A DNA stretch of 64,000 nt from NCBI GenBank assembly GCA_009692935.1, contig SHYE01000001.1:4418-68417 (forward strand), in the 5' to 3' direction. How positions within the stretch are numbered: the first letter of the stretch is position 1; every line of letters begins with the position of its first letter. The notes under the pieces were generated by a model that ran no database searches, was not told the origin of the DNA, and saw nothing but the letters and a program-made list of their open reading frames with translations. The position numbers were made by a program, and so were the translations under genes. The DNA comes from Dehalococcoidia bacterium. Its GTDB lineage: Bacteria; Chloroflexota; Dehalococcoidia; SHYD01. Positions 9,011-18,102 of the stretch are shown here, one piece after another.

Positions 9011-10284
9011 GCATCTTCGTCTTCGGCGTGCTGTTCCTGCTGCTGTTCGCCGGCTTCTCCATCGCGCTCTCGCTGGGCATCTCCTCCACCGCAGCGCTCT
9101 ACTACTTCACCAACATCCCGCTCACCGCCATCCCCCAGAAGATCTACACCAACCTCGACACCTTCCCGTTGCTGGCGGTGCCGTTCTTCATCCTGGCCAG
9201 CAACATCTTCGCGGTGGGCGGCGTGGCCGACCGCATCATCCGGCTCAGCAACACCATGTTCGGCCATGTCCACGGCGGGCTCGCCATCTCGGGCGTGGCG
9301 GCCTGTGCCTTGTTCGCCGCGGTCTCCGGTTCCAGCCCGGCAACAGTCGTAGCCATCGGCGGCATCATGATTCCCGCAATGATTCGCGCTGGGTATGGCC
9401 GCTCCTACGCAGTGGGGTCCATGGCCACTGCAGGCGCGCTCGGCATCATGATTCCGCCCAGCATTCCTATGGTCCTCTACGGCTTCGCCACCAACGAGTC
9501 GGTGGGCAAGCTGTTCCTGGCCGGCGTCCTACCCGGCATCTTCCAGGCCACCGCCCTGGCCCTGGTGTGCTATGTGGTGGCACGCCGGGCCAACTACCAG
9601 CGCGACCCAGCGGCCACTTGGGGCGAGCGCTGGGCAGCAGTGAAGTACGCGGCTCCCAGCATGCTGTTGCCCACAGTGATCATCGGCGGCATCTACAGTG
9701 GGGTGTTCACCCCTACCGAGGCCGCGGCGGTGGCAGTACTAGTGGGCATTGTGGTGGGCATGTTCATCCACCGGGAACTTGCGCTCAAAGACTTCCCGCG
9801 CATCTTCATCGAGACGGGCAAGACCTCGGCCATGCTGATGTTCATCATCACCATGGCCCAGCTCTTCGCCTTTGTGCTCACCATCGAGCAGATTCCGCAC
9901 GCCATCGCCAGCGCGGTGGTCAGCGTGGCCAGCGAGCCGTGGATGATCCTGCTGTTGATTAACTTCATCCTGCTGCTGGCCGGCGACTTCATGGACCCGG
10001 CCCCCATCATCCTGATCATGGCACCCATCTTCCACCCCATCGCGAAGGCGGTCGGCATCGACCCCATCCACCTCGGCATCATCATGACCATGAACATGGA
10101 GATCGGCCTCATCACTCCACCGGTGGGTCTGAACCTCTACGTGGCCAGCGGCATCGCGGAAATGCCGCTGTACACGGTGATGCGCGCCGCCGCGCCCTGG
10201 ATTGTGGTGCAGTGCGTAGTACTGGCCGTGGTCACCTATTGGCCCGACCTCAGCCTGTTCCTGCCCACCCTGCTGTACAAGTAG
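9007..10284 (+). CDS. dctM: TRAP transporter large permease
   Basis: FPLLAVPFFIL, SGSSPAT, IPPSIPM, ITPPVGLNL; ATG 9007 overlaps the dctQ stop. Confidence 0.94.
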   Translation: MSIFVFGVLFLLLFAGFSIALSLGISSTAALYYFTNIPLTAIPQKIYTNLDTFPLLAVPFFILASNIFAVGGVADRIIRLSNTMFGHVHGGLAISGVAACALFAAVSGSSPATVVAIGGIMIPAMIRAGYGRSYAVGSMATAGALGIMIPPSIPMVLYGFATNESVGKLFLAGVLPGIFQATALALVCYVVARRANYQRDPAATWGERWAAVKYAAPSMLLPTVIIGGIYSGVFTPTEAAAVAVLVGIVVGMFIHRELALKDFPRIFIETGKTSAMLMFIITMAQLFAFVLTIEQIPHAIASAVVSVASEPWMILLLINFILLLAGDFMDPAPIILIMAPIFHPIAKAVGIDPIHLGIIMTMNMEIGLITPPVGLNLYVASGIAEMPLYTVMRAAAPWIVVQCVVLAVVTYWPDLSLFLPTLLYK

Positions 10285-10310
10285 CCCGTTCACCAGCGGC
10301 CCGCCCACCC

Positions 10311-10316
10311 TATAAT
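10311..10316 (+). promoter_or_regulatory. Putative sigma70 -10 element of the FIST gene
   Basis: Perfect TATAAT ~50 nt upstream of ATG 10364 in GC-rich DNA. Confidence 0.45.
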
Positions 10317-10363
10317 GACCGCATGGTGGCAACAGGCTACCCACCCCTGCAAGGAGGCCGCCT

Positions 10364-11554
10364 ATGCGCTGGTCATCCGCTATCTCCGATAACGCCGACC
10401 TCGCCGTAGCGATTCGCGACGCCACCACTGAAGCCATTGCCGACCTTGAGGGCGAGCCCGCTCACCTCGCGGTGGTGTTCGTGTCCACCCACCATTACGG
10501 CGGGTTCGATCTCCTGCCGGAGCTGTTGCAGCCACTGCTGGGCGATGCACTGCTGCTGGGGTGCAGCGCCGGCGGCGTCATTGGGGGTGGGCACGAGGTG
10601 GAGCAGCGTCCTGGGTTCTCCATCACGCTGGCCAGCCTGCCGGGCGTCGAGATCGCGCCGTTCACGGTGACCGACGACGAACTCCCGAACCAGGACGCTT
10701 CCCCCGACGCCTGGGCCACCCTGGTGCACACCACTCCCGACGCTAACCCGCACTTTGTGCTGCTGGCTGATCCGTTCTCCATGCGCATCGACGACCTGGT
10801 GGTGGGGCTCGACTACGCCTTCCCGCTGGCCGCCAAGGTGGGAGGGATGGCCAGCGCGGGCGCCCGCAGTGGGGTCAACGCGCTGTACCTGGGTGACCAG
10901 GTCATCAAGAGCGGTGGCGTCGGCGTGGCGCTCACCGGAAACGTGGCGGTCGACACCGTAGTCGCGCAGGGCTGCCGCCCTATCGGCGAACCGATGCAGA
11001 TCACCCGCTGCGAGCACAACGCCCTGCTGGAGGTGGCCGGCCGGCCGCCGATGGAAGTACTGCAGGAGCTGTTCAGCCGTGCCAACACTCACGACCAGCA
11101 ATTGTTCAGCGGCTCGCTGTTTCTAGGCCTGGTGATGGACGAACTGGCCAGCGAGTACAAGCTTGGCGACTTCCTCATCCGCAACCTGATGGGCGTCGAC
11201 CGCGAGCACGGGGCAGTGTACATCGGCGCGATGCTGCGGGAACACCAGACGGTGCAGTTCCACCTGCGCGACGCTGGCACCGCCTCGGATGACCTGCGCA
11301 ATATGCTGGGCATGTATCTGGCGGAGCACGAGCCGCGCCACGCCGAGGGCGCGTTGCTGTTCAGTTGCCTGGGCCGCGGCACCGGCCTGTTCGGCGCGCC
11401 CGACCACGATACCGACCTGTTCCGCGAATTCGTAGGGCCTGTGCCCCTGGGCGGCTTCTTCTGCAACGGCGAGATTGGGCAGGTGGGCGGCGGCACCTAC
11501 GTGCACGGCTACACCAGCAGCTTCGGCATCTTCCGGCCCGCCCGCCGGGATTAG
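10364..11554 (+). CDS. FIST N/C domain protein
   Basis: GCSAGGVIG, VAQGCRPIG, LLFSCLGRG, GFFCNGEIG. Confidence 0.9.
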   Translation: MRWSSAISDNADLAVAIRDATTEAIADLEGEPAHLAVVFVSTHHYGGFDLLPELLQPLLGDALLLGCSAGGVIGGGHEVEQRPGFSITLASLPGVEIAPFTVTDDELPNQDASPDAWATLVHTTPDANPHFVLLADPFSMRIDDLVVGLDYAFPLAAKVGGMASAGARSGVNALYLGDQVIKSGGVGVALTGNVAVDTVVAQGCRPIGEPMQITRCEHNALLEVAGRPPMEVLQELFSRANTHDQQLFSGSLFLGLVMDELASEYKLGDFLIRNLMGVDREHGAVYIGAMLREHQTVQFHLRDAGTASDDLRNMLGMYLAEHEPRHAEGALLFSCLGRGTGLFGAPDHDTDLFREFVGPVPLGGFFCNGEIGQVGGGTYVHGYTSSFGIFRPARRD

Positions 11555-11661
11555 GCCACCGGGCGATGCCCCGGCGCCCATGGGTCAGCCGGGGCCGCTT
11601 TCCCACTGCACGGGGAGGGGCCACCCCGAAATTGGTGGCCCCTCTTTACGAACTGAAACGG

Positions 11662-12759
11662 CTACCCCACGAAGGGCATGATGCTGACGTGGATGGCGCC
11701 GGGTGCGCCCTTGCCCGCCACCGCGTCGATGGCCTCGGACGCGCGGTTCATGGGAAAGGTGTGGGTGGAGATGTCTTCCATGGGCAGGTTGCCATTGGTG
11801 ATGAAGTCGATGGCAATTTCCACCGACTTGTAGCTGTGACCGTTAGCCTGCTTGATCACCAGCTTGCGGCGACCGAAAGTCGAGACGTCGATCGTCTCTT
11901 TGCCAGCCGCAGCCAACACAATGTTGCAGCGCTTGCCGGCCACCGAGATGCTGTCTTGCACCGTGGTCTTGCTGCCGCCGGTCACGTTCACCACCACGTT
12001 CACGCCCTCGCCACCGGTGGCGTCCATCACCCGGGCCTTGAAGTCCTCGGTCTGCACGTCGATGGTGTGGGTCGCCCCCAGTTTGCGGGCAATCTCCAGC
12101 CGGCGGGTGTCGCCACTGAGACCGGTGACAATGATGGTACTGGCGCCGGCCGCCTTAGCGGCGATGACGCAGGCCAAGCCCTGCTGACCCGGGCCCTGCA
12201 CCAGAATCGCATCGCCCAGGCTCACTTCGCCGTAGCGGTAAGCCCACTCCACGCCGTTGCTGAACGGCAGGAAGGCTGCGGCGTGGGGCGCCGGCACCTT
12301 CGACGACATGCGGTGCACCACGGCATCGGGGTGGATGTACATGTACTCGCTATAGCCGCCCCACAGCGCTGGGGACGTGTCGATGCCGGTGGAGCCGTAC
12401 CATAAGCGAGGTCCCTCGCCAGCGATGTCGGTCTGCGGGCAGAAGCGGAAGTCGTCGGAACGGCACCACTCGCACTTACCGCAGGGTACGTACTCCTCCA
12501 GCGCGACGCGATCGCCCTCCTTGACCTTCCACTTACGGGCGGCGGTAGCCCCCAGCTTGACCACGATCCCCACGTTCTCGTGGCCTAGGATCTTTGGCCC
12601 GTTGCCCATACGCTCGCGCCCGTGGATGTCGGACCCGCAGATGCCGCAGGCTTCGAGCTTCAGCAGGCCGCCGTCGTCGGGCACCTCCGGCAGGTCGAAC
12701 TCGCGCATCTCGAACTGGTTGGGGGCCACCAACACGGCGGCAAGGCTCTTCTGTGGCAT
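11662..12759 (-). CDS. Zinc-dependent alcohol dehydrogenase (MDR)
   Basis: CGSD..GHE catalytic Zn; CGKCEWC..C structural Zn; GPGQQG. Confidence 0.92.
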   Translation of the reverse strand: MPQKSLAAVLVAPNQFEMREFDLPEVPDDGGLLKLEACGICGSDIHGRERMGNGPKILGHENVGIVVKLGATAARKWKVKEGDRVALEEYVPCGKCEWCRSDDFRFCPQTDIAGEGPRLWYGSTGIDTSPALWGGYSEYMYIHPDAVVHRMSSKVPAPHAAAFLPFSNGVEWAYRYGEVSLGDAILVQGPGQQGLACVIAAKAAGASTIIVTGLSGDTRRLEIARKLGATHTIDVQTEDFKARVMDATGGEGVNVVVNVTGGSKTTVQDSISVAGKRCNIVLAAAGKETIDVSTFGRRKLVIKQANGHSYKSVEIAIDFITNGNLPMEDISTHTFPMNRASEAIDAVAGKGAPGAIHVSIMPFVG

Positions 12760-12824
12760 GGTCTGTCTCCTTCTGCTAACTCCTGTGCTTGCTTGCGCAC
12801 CCGACCCGTGGGCATCTGGGTGAA

Positions 12825-12912
12825 CTTCTACCCTCCCCTAGCCCCTCGCTGCAAGGGAGGGGAACCGGATGATTCCTCCCCCTTGCAGCGAGGGGCTAGG
12901 GGAGGGTAGAAG
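12825..12912. repeat. Long inverted repeat, CCCTCCCCTAGCCCCT family
   Basis: 33-bp arm CTTCTACCCTCCCCTAGCCCCTCGCTGCAAGGG and its reverse complement. Confidence 0.85.
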
Positions 12913-12990
12913 CTCTGCTCACTTCTCACGCCCACCAATCATTCCATCCGCACTCCCATTGGGAGAGCGCTACGGCGAGGGCCTTCCGAC

Positions 12991-14067
12991 TTACGACCGC
13001 TCGCGCTCGCGCTCGCGCTCGGCAGCCGCCTTCTCGCGCAGCAGCCGGGGGCGGACCTTGTAGTACAGGTACGGAAACTCCTCTTTGGCCATCGCCTCGA
13101 AGAAGTAGCGGATACCGGGAGCAACCCGAATCTGCTTGGACTGCACGTCGCTGGTGTTGATGTGCTGGTGCTTGGTCTGCGGGCCCTGCACGTGGAAGCA
13201 GGTGCCTTCCTTCCAGGATATCTTCTCCCCGTCCACAATGCTGTAGCCCGAACCCTGGATGATGTAGAGGTGGGCCTCCATGTGGGCGTGGGTGCCACCC
13301 TCGTCGTGCGGTTCATTGATCAGGTAACTGCTGATCTCCTGCTCGTAGGGATGCCAACCATTGGTGTCTTTGCCCACCCGCATGAAGTTGACGCCGCCGG
13401 CGTTGTGCAGGCCCGGGCGAATGCCGGCTGCTGCGTAGCCCTCGATGGTGCCCAGCACAATGGGCTTTTCTGGGTCGATCTCCAGGATATCCTCTGGCGC
13501 TAGGCCGGGCCCACCCTCAGCGCCCATGGTCGTCGGCGCCTCTCCGATCTTCAGCACGATACGGCGGCCCCGGTCATCGAAACCGTTCTCCGACACCGGT
13601 ACCGTGGGCAGCGCGGTGGTCTTGCCCCAGTTGTCGTACTGGGTGAAGCGAGCCATGCCGCACCAGAACTCCAGGTGCGGCGACATCACCGAGAAGTAGC
13701 GGGCCGGGACGTCGCCGGTGTTGAAGTGCTGGTGCACGGCGCCGAAGGGGATGAGCAGGGTGCTGAACGGCTCCCAGTTGTAGCGCACGCCATTCACTGT
13801 GGAGAACCCGCTGCCGGTGATGATGTGGATGGCCTCTTCGCCGTGCTTGTGCGTGCCGGTGTGAGCGCCCACCGGGATCTCCGAGATCATGCTGGTGGAG
13901 CCCCAGGTGCGGAAGCCGGTCTCCGGCGTGACCAACAGGCCGACCTTGGCGTCCTGCTGCGTCTCGACGTACTCCACTTCCTCTTCATGAATCCACTTGC
14001 GGGCCTTGTTGAACTCCTCCCGCGACTTATCCCACATATTCAGCCAGTCGTCATAGAACGTTGGCAA
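12991..14067 (-). CDS. Bicupin protein (gentisate dioxygenase-like architecture)
   Basis: Two cupin motifs, THKHGEEAIHI...HQHFN and THAHMEAHLYI...HQHIN; TTG start 14067 after GGAAGG. Confidence 0.8.
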   Translation of the reverse strand: MPTFYDDWLNMWDKSREEFNKARKWIHEEEVEYVETQQDAKVGLLVTPETGFRTWGSTSMISEIPVGAHTGTHKHGEEAIHIITGSGFSTVNGVRYNWEPFSTLLIPFGAVHQHFNTGDVPARYFSVMSPHLEFWCGMARFTQYDNWGKTTALPTVPVSENGFDDRGRRIVLKIGEAPTTMGAEGGPGLAPEDILEIDPEKPIVLGTIEGYAAAGIRPGLHNAGGVNFMRVGKDTNGWHPYEQEISSYLINEPHDEGGTHAHMEAHLYIIQGSGYSIVDGEKISWKEGTCFHVQGPQTKHQHINTSDVQSKQIRVAPGIRYFFEAMAKEEFPYLYYKVRPRLLREKAAAERERERERS

Positions 14068-14170
14068 TTGTCGTCCTTCCCCTGCATTCCGTGCAGGACG
14101 GTTGATTCCCAAACTTTCGTGAACCCCCTGGTCTGCTCAGTGGCTGGCTACCGCCTTAGACACTGATATG

Positions 14171-14262
14171 GGTACCGCCGCCGTAAACGGCGGCCCCGAA
14201 CTACCACCCAAACGGTCTGTGGTGTTGCAGGATATTGGCCCGCCGTTTACGGCGGCGGTACC
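14171..14262. repeat. REPIN-like inverted REP doublet
   Basis: GGTACCGCCGCCGTAAACGGCGG (14171-14193) and its perfect reverse complement (14240-14262). Confidence 0.8.
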
Positions 14263-14285
14263 TTCCTGCCCCCCCTCTCATTCCT

Positions 14286-15182
14286 TTACTGCCGCAACCT
14301 CGGGTCCAGCGTATCGCGCAAGGCATCGCCCAGAACGTTGAAGCCCAAGATGACGAAGGTGATTACCAATCCGGGAGCGAAGGCCATCCAGATGGCGGTG
14401 GTCATATAGGTGCGGCCGCCGCCACTCAGCATCCCTCCCCAGGTGGGGAAGGGGGGCGGCACACCCAGGCCCAGGAAGCTAAGGCTGGACTCCGCAAGAA
14501 TGGCGGTGCCCAGGCTGCCAGAAATGATGATGATGAACGGCGCGAAGCAGTTGGGCATCACGTGCAGCAACATCAGGCGCCAGTCGCCGGCCCCCACGGC
14601 GCGCGCGCCATCGATGTATTGGTTGCGCATAACGCTGAGCGCTTGGCTGCGGATAACCCGCACGCCTGAAGGGATAAGCGTGAACGAGATGGCGCCGATC
14701 ACGTTGATCATCGACGCGCCGAGCACCGCCACCACGGCCATGGCCATCACCAGTACCGGTAGCGCCAGCAGCACGTCGGTCAGCCACTGAATCGCCTTGT
14801 CGATCATGGTGCCCTGGTAGAAGGCCGACATAATGCCCAGGAGGGCGCCGATGCCCTTGCCGATGAACACACTGACCAGCGAGACGGTGATGCTGATCTG
14901 GCCGCCCCAGATAATGCGACTCAACAGGTCGCGCCCCAACTCATCGGTGCCGAACCAGTGCTGCATGCTGGGAGCGCTCACCGTTGGGCCGACCGCCAGT
15001 TCCAGCGGGTCGTAGGGCGCGGTGATCGGCGCGAGCACCGAGACGACGGCCACAAACAGCAGCAGGACAGCGGCCACCGCACCAACCGGCTTGTGGGCGG
15101 CTGTACGCCGCAGCCGCACCGGCCAGGTATCGTGTGGGGCAGATGCCAGGGGACCGAGAGTGATTGCTTGTTCTTGTGCCAT
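14286..15182 (-). CDS. Peptide/nickel ABC permease, DppC/OppC family
   Basis: HWFGTDELGRDLLSR, EAA loop YIDGARAVGA, ESSLSFLGLG. Confidence 0.94.
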   Translation of the reverse strand: MAQEQAITLGPLASAPHDTWPVRLRRTAAHKPVGAVAAVLLLFVAVVSVLAPITAPYDPLELAVGPTVSAPSMQHWFGTDELGRDLLSRIIWGGQISITVSLVSVFIGKGIGALLGIMSAFYQGTMIDKAIQWLTDVLLALPVLVMAMAVVAVLGASMINVIGAISFTLIPSGVRVIRSQALSVMRNQYIDGARAVGAGDWRLMLLHVMPNCFAPFIIIISGSLGTAILAESSLSFLGLGVPPPFPTWGGMLSGGGRTYMTTAIWMAFAPGLVITFVILGFNVLGDALRDTLDPRLRQ

Positions 15183-15184
15183 AG

Positions 15185-16129
15185 CTATTTAAACCGGATG
15201 CGGGGGTCCATAACCCCGTACATCACGTCCACAAAGATATTGAGCAACACGAAGAAGAATGCGAAGAACAGGATGTTCGCCTGCAGTTGCGAATAGTCTC
15301 GCTGGAAGATGGCCTCGGCGGTGAGCCGACCCACACCGGGCAGCGAGAAGATGTTCTCGATGATGACGGTGCCGCCCAGCAACCGCCCAAGCTGCAAGCC
15401 AAGAATCGTGACCACGGGGATCATCGCGTTCTTCAGCGCATGCTGCACAATGACCCGGCCCTCCAGCAGGCCCTTTGCGCGGGCTGTGCGCACGTAGTCC
15501 TGGCGAATCACCTCGAGCATTGTGGCCCGGCTCAACCGGGCGATGCCGCCGAGTTGGTGGATGGCCAGCACCAAGGCCGGCAGCATGAACTGCTGCACGT
15601 TGCGCAGGGGATCCACGGTGATCTCGGTGAACCCCAAGGGCGGCGAGTAGTGGAACCAGAGCGCCAGGAAGATGATGGACATGGTGCCCAGCCAGAACTC
15701 TGGTATGCCGATACCCAGGATGGCCAGCACTCGCACCACGTGATCGAAGGGTTTGTCTTGCTTGACCGCGGCCAGCACCCCAATGGGGAGGCCGATGGCC
15801 ACCGCCAAAATCAGCGAGATGAGCGCCAACTCGAACGTTACCGGCCAGCGGTCTGCCAGCTGCTGCACCACCGGCTCGCGCTTCCGTAGCGAAAGGCCGA
15901 GGTCCCCCTGGACAAGGCCAACCATCCACGTGAAGTACTGCTCATAGATCGGCTTATCGAGGCCCAGTTCCTCTCGCAGCGCCGCAATCGCCTCGGGCCG
16001 GGCGTCGTCACCCAGGCTGAGTGCTGCCACATCGCCGGGGATGACCCGGATCAGCAGGAACACCAAGGTAGCGACACCAAAAACTGCGGTGAGGCCCCAG
16101 AGAAGCCGTCGAATGACGTACTGTCGCAT
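15185..16129 (-). CDS. Peptide/nickel ABC permease, DppB/OppB family
   Basis: LGLDKPIYEQY, DYVRTARAKGL, HALKNAMIP. Confidence 0.94.
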   Translation of the reverse strand: MRQYVIRRLLWGLTAVFGVATLVFLLIRVIPGDVAALSLGDDARPEAIAALREELGLDKPIYEQYFTWMVGLVQGDLGLSLRKREPVVQQLADRWPVTFELALISLILAVAIGLPIGVLAAVKQDKPFDHVVRVLAILGIGIPEFWLGTMSIIFLALWFHYSPPLGFTEITVDPLRNVQQFMLPALVLAIHQLGGIARLSRATMLEVIRQDYVRTARAKGLLEGRVIVQHALKNAMIPVVTILGLQLGRLLGGTVIIENIFSLPGVGRLTAEAIFQRDYSQLQANILFFAFFFVLLNIFVDVMYGVMDPRIRFK

Positions 16130-16155
16130 TCCCAGGTGTTCCTGTCTGAGCGCAG

Positions 16156-16198
16156 GCCGGCCGTGACCGGAGCCACAGGGCTATCGGTCACGGCCGGC
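16156..16198. terminator. Hairpin downstream of the SBP gene (mRNA stabiliser/attenuator)
   Basis: GCCGGCCGTGACCG...CGGTCACGGCCGGC, 14-bp stem. Confidence 0.6.
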
Positions 16199-16222
16199 GC
16201 AGGTGCGCTGCTTACGTTCTGG

Positions 16223-17863
16223 TTACTTGTCGAGCCAGGTCTCGAGGGTCTTCAGCCCAAAGCCCCAGTACATGTGCGGGTAGTACCCTTTCACATACGG
16301 GCGCCAGTAGTAGGCGGTGTGGTCGCTGTACGGTTGCAGGAAGCCGATGGCGCGCTCGTTGATCATGCGGAGCGCGTCGTGCACCGCCTTCTTCCGCTCG
16401 GTCACGTCAGTGATCGAGCGCTGCTTCTCCAGCAGCGGGTCGAGCTGTGGGTCGCACGCCTTAGAGTAGTTCAGCGAGCTGCCGCATTTGAACGTCGCGT
16501 ATATGTTGCCGTCGGGGTCGGGCCGGAAGGACCCGCCAAAGATGTGCAGGTGGAACTCGGCCTTGCGCTTGCGGTCGAAGGCCACCGCGTTTTCCACAGT
16601 GTCGAGCTTGGGATCGAAGCCGGCGGCCTTGAGCTGGCTCACCAGCATCTCGCCCCACAGGCGGAAGCCCTGACCGCTTGCCGGCGTCCACATGATCTCC
16701 ACCGGCAGGTTCTCGCGGCCCGCGTCCTTGAGCAGTTGACGGGCCTTTGCCGGGTCGGCCGCATAGTACTTGCCGATCTCGGCGGCCGGCAGCGACCAGT
16801 CGCCCCAAGCCGGGCCGATGCCCGCGATGTTGAGCTGTGCCTTGCCCTTAGAAAGGGCATCGATGAAGGCCTTGGGGTTGATGGCGGCCTGAATCGCCTG
16901 CCGCACCCGAATATCCTTGCCCGGTTCCCATTGCTGGCTGATGTATATCTTGTCGCCGCCGGCGTCCAGTAACTCCACGATTGTGGCGTCCTTGGCGCCC
17001 TGCTTCAGGGTGTCCAGCAGTGGGCTGGAGCCGGGCAGGCAGCGAGCGCAGATGTCGACTTGGCCCGCAACGAACGCCGCCACCTGGGCAGCCTCGTCAG
17101 GGATGATGTACATATCGTAGCCGTCCAGATAGGGCAAGCTGCGGCCCTTCTCGTCCTTCAGGAAGAAGTCGGGGTTCTTCTTCATCTTGAAGACGGAGCC
17201 CTCCTTGCCGCTCTCAAAGCGGTAGGGGCCGTAGCCGATGGCCTGCTTCTCGCTGAGGCCTGCTTCCACCAGGGCTTGCGGAACCATCAATAGCTCCGTG
17301 TTGCCTGCGTAGGTGAGGAACGGCGCGAAGGGGCCGTTCATGATAACCTTCACGGTGTAGGGATCCGGCGTCTCGATGGACTTGATCTCCTCCACCATGT
17401 ACTTCGCGGTCGACTGGCGGTCGTCGCGGTAGCGTTCCAGGTTGAACTTCACGTCCTTCGACGTGAACTCAGACCCGTTCAACGGCGCCTTGTTCTCGTT
17501 CATCACGCCCTTGCGCAAGTTGAAGGTGTAGGTGCCGCCGTCCGGCGAGACCTCCCACTTCTCGGCAAGGTACGACTGTAGTACGGTGCTGGTATACCCC
17601 TGCTCTTTGCCCAGCTTGTAACGGAGCAGCATACCGTAGGTACCGCCGGTGATCATCTCCATGTCGGAGACGTTCTTCCGGATCGGATCCAGGTACACCG
17701 GGTCAGTGTGGTACGAGAACCGCAGTATGCCGCCGGCCTTCACCTCATTCGAGCCGCCGCCCGCTGGCGGGGGGGCGGCCTGCGGGGTGGCACACGCCAC
17801 GCTGAGCATGCCGCCGGCAAGTACCGAGAGCGCTACGGCCATTTTGCCGCGTCGCAGTAGCAT
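16223..17863 (-). CDS. ABC substrate-binding lipoprotein, family 5
   Basis: Lipobox LSVAC; LAEKWEVSPDGGTYTFNLRKGV; start at MLLRRGK after AAGGAGG. Confidence 0.92.
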   Translation of the reverse strand: MLLRRGKMAVALSVLAGGMLSVACATPQAAPPPAGGGSNEVKAGGILRFSYHTDPVYLDPIRKNVSDMEMITGGTYGMLLRYKLGKEQGYTSTVLQSYLAEKWEVSPDGGTYTFNLRKGVMNENKAPLNGSEFTSKDVKFNLERYRDDRQSTAKYMVEEIKSIETPDPYTVKVIMNGPFAPFLTYAGNTELLMVPQALVEAGLSEKQAIGYGPYRFESGKEGSVFKMKKNPDFFLKDEKGRSLPYLDGYDMYIIPDEAAQVAAFVAGQVDICARCLPGSSPLLDTLKQGAKDATIVELLDAGGDKIYISQQWEPGKDIRVRQAIQAAINPKAFIDALSKGKAQLNIAGIGPAWGDWSLPAAEIGKYYAADPAKARQLLKDAGRENLPVEIMWTPASGQGFRLWGEMLVSQLKAAGFDPKLDTVENAVAFDRKRKAEFHLHIFGGSFRPDPDGNIYATFKCGSSLNYSKACDPQLDPLLEKQRSITDVTERKKAVHDALRMINERAIGFLQPYSDHTAYYWRPYVKGYYPHMYWGFGLKTLETWLDK

Positions 17864-17900
17864 CGTTGCGACCTCCTTTAGTCTGGCACAGAAAATACCC

Positions 17901-17918
17901 CTCTGTCGCGTGACAGAG
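17901..17918. promoter_or_regulatory. Candidate operator palindrome in divergent promoter region
   Basis: CTCTGTC-gcgt-GACAGAG in an AT-richer intergenic region. Confidence 0.35.
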
Positions 17919-18102
17919 ATTTGATCATTGATACGCTGGTTTACGACAAGAGTCAATAAAAAGGGCTGGGAAAACCAAAGTAAGGCGTTAGCCATAGTAT
18001 GGTTTGCTGCTGGACTTTCGTTTCTTCTGGTACCAAGATAACTTCCGGGTTGCGCGGCCGGAGTCTCGTCGCCAACAGTATCTCCTATGCGCAGAGGTGT
18101 CC

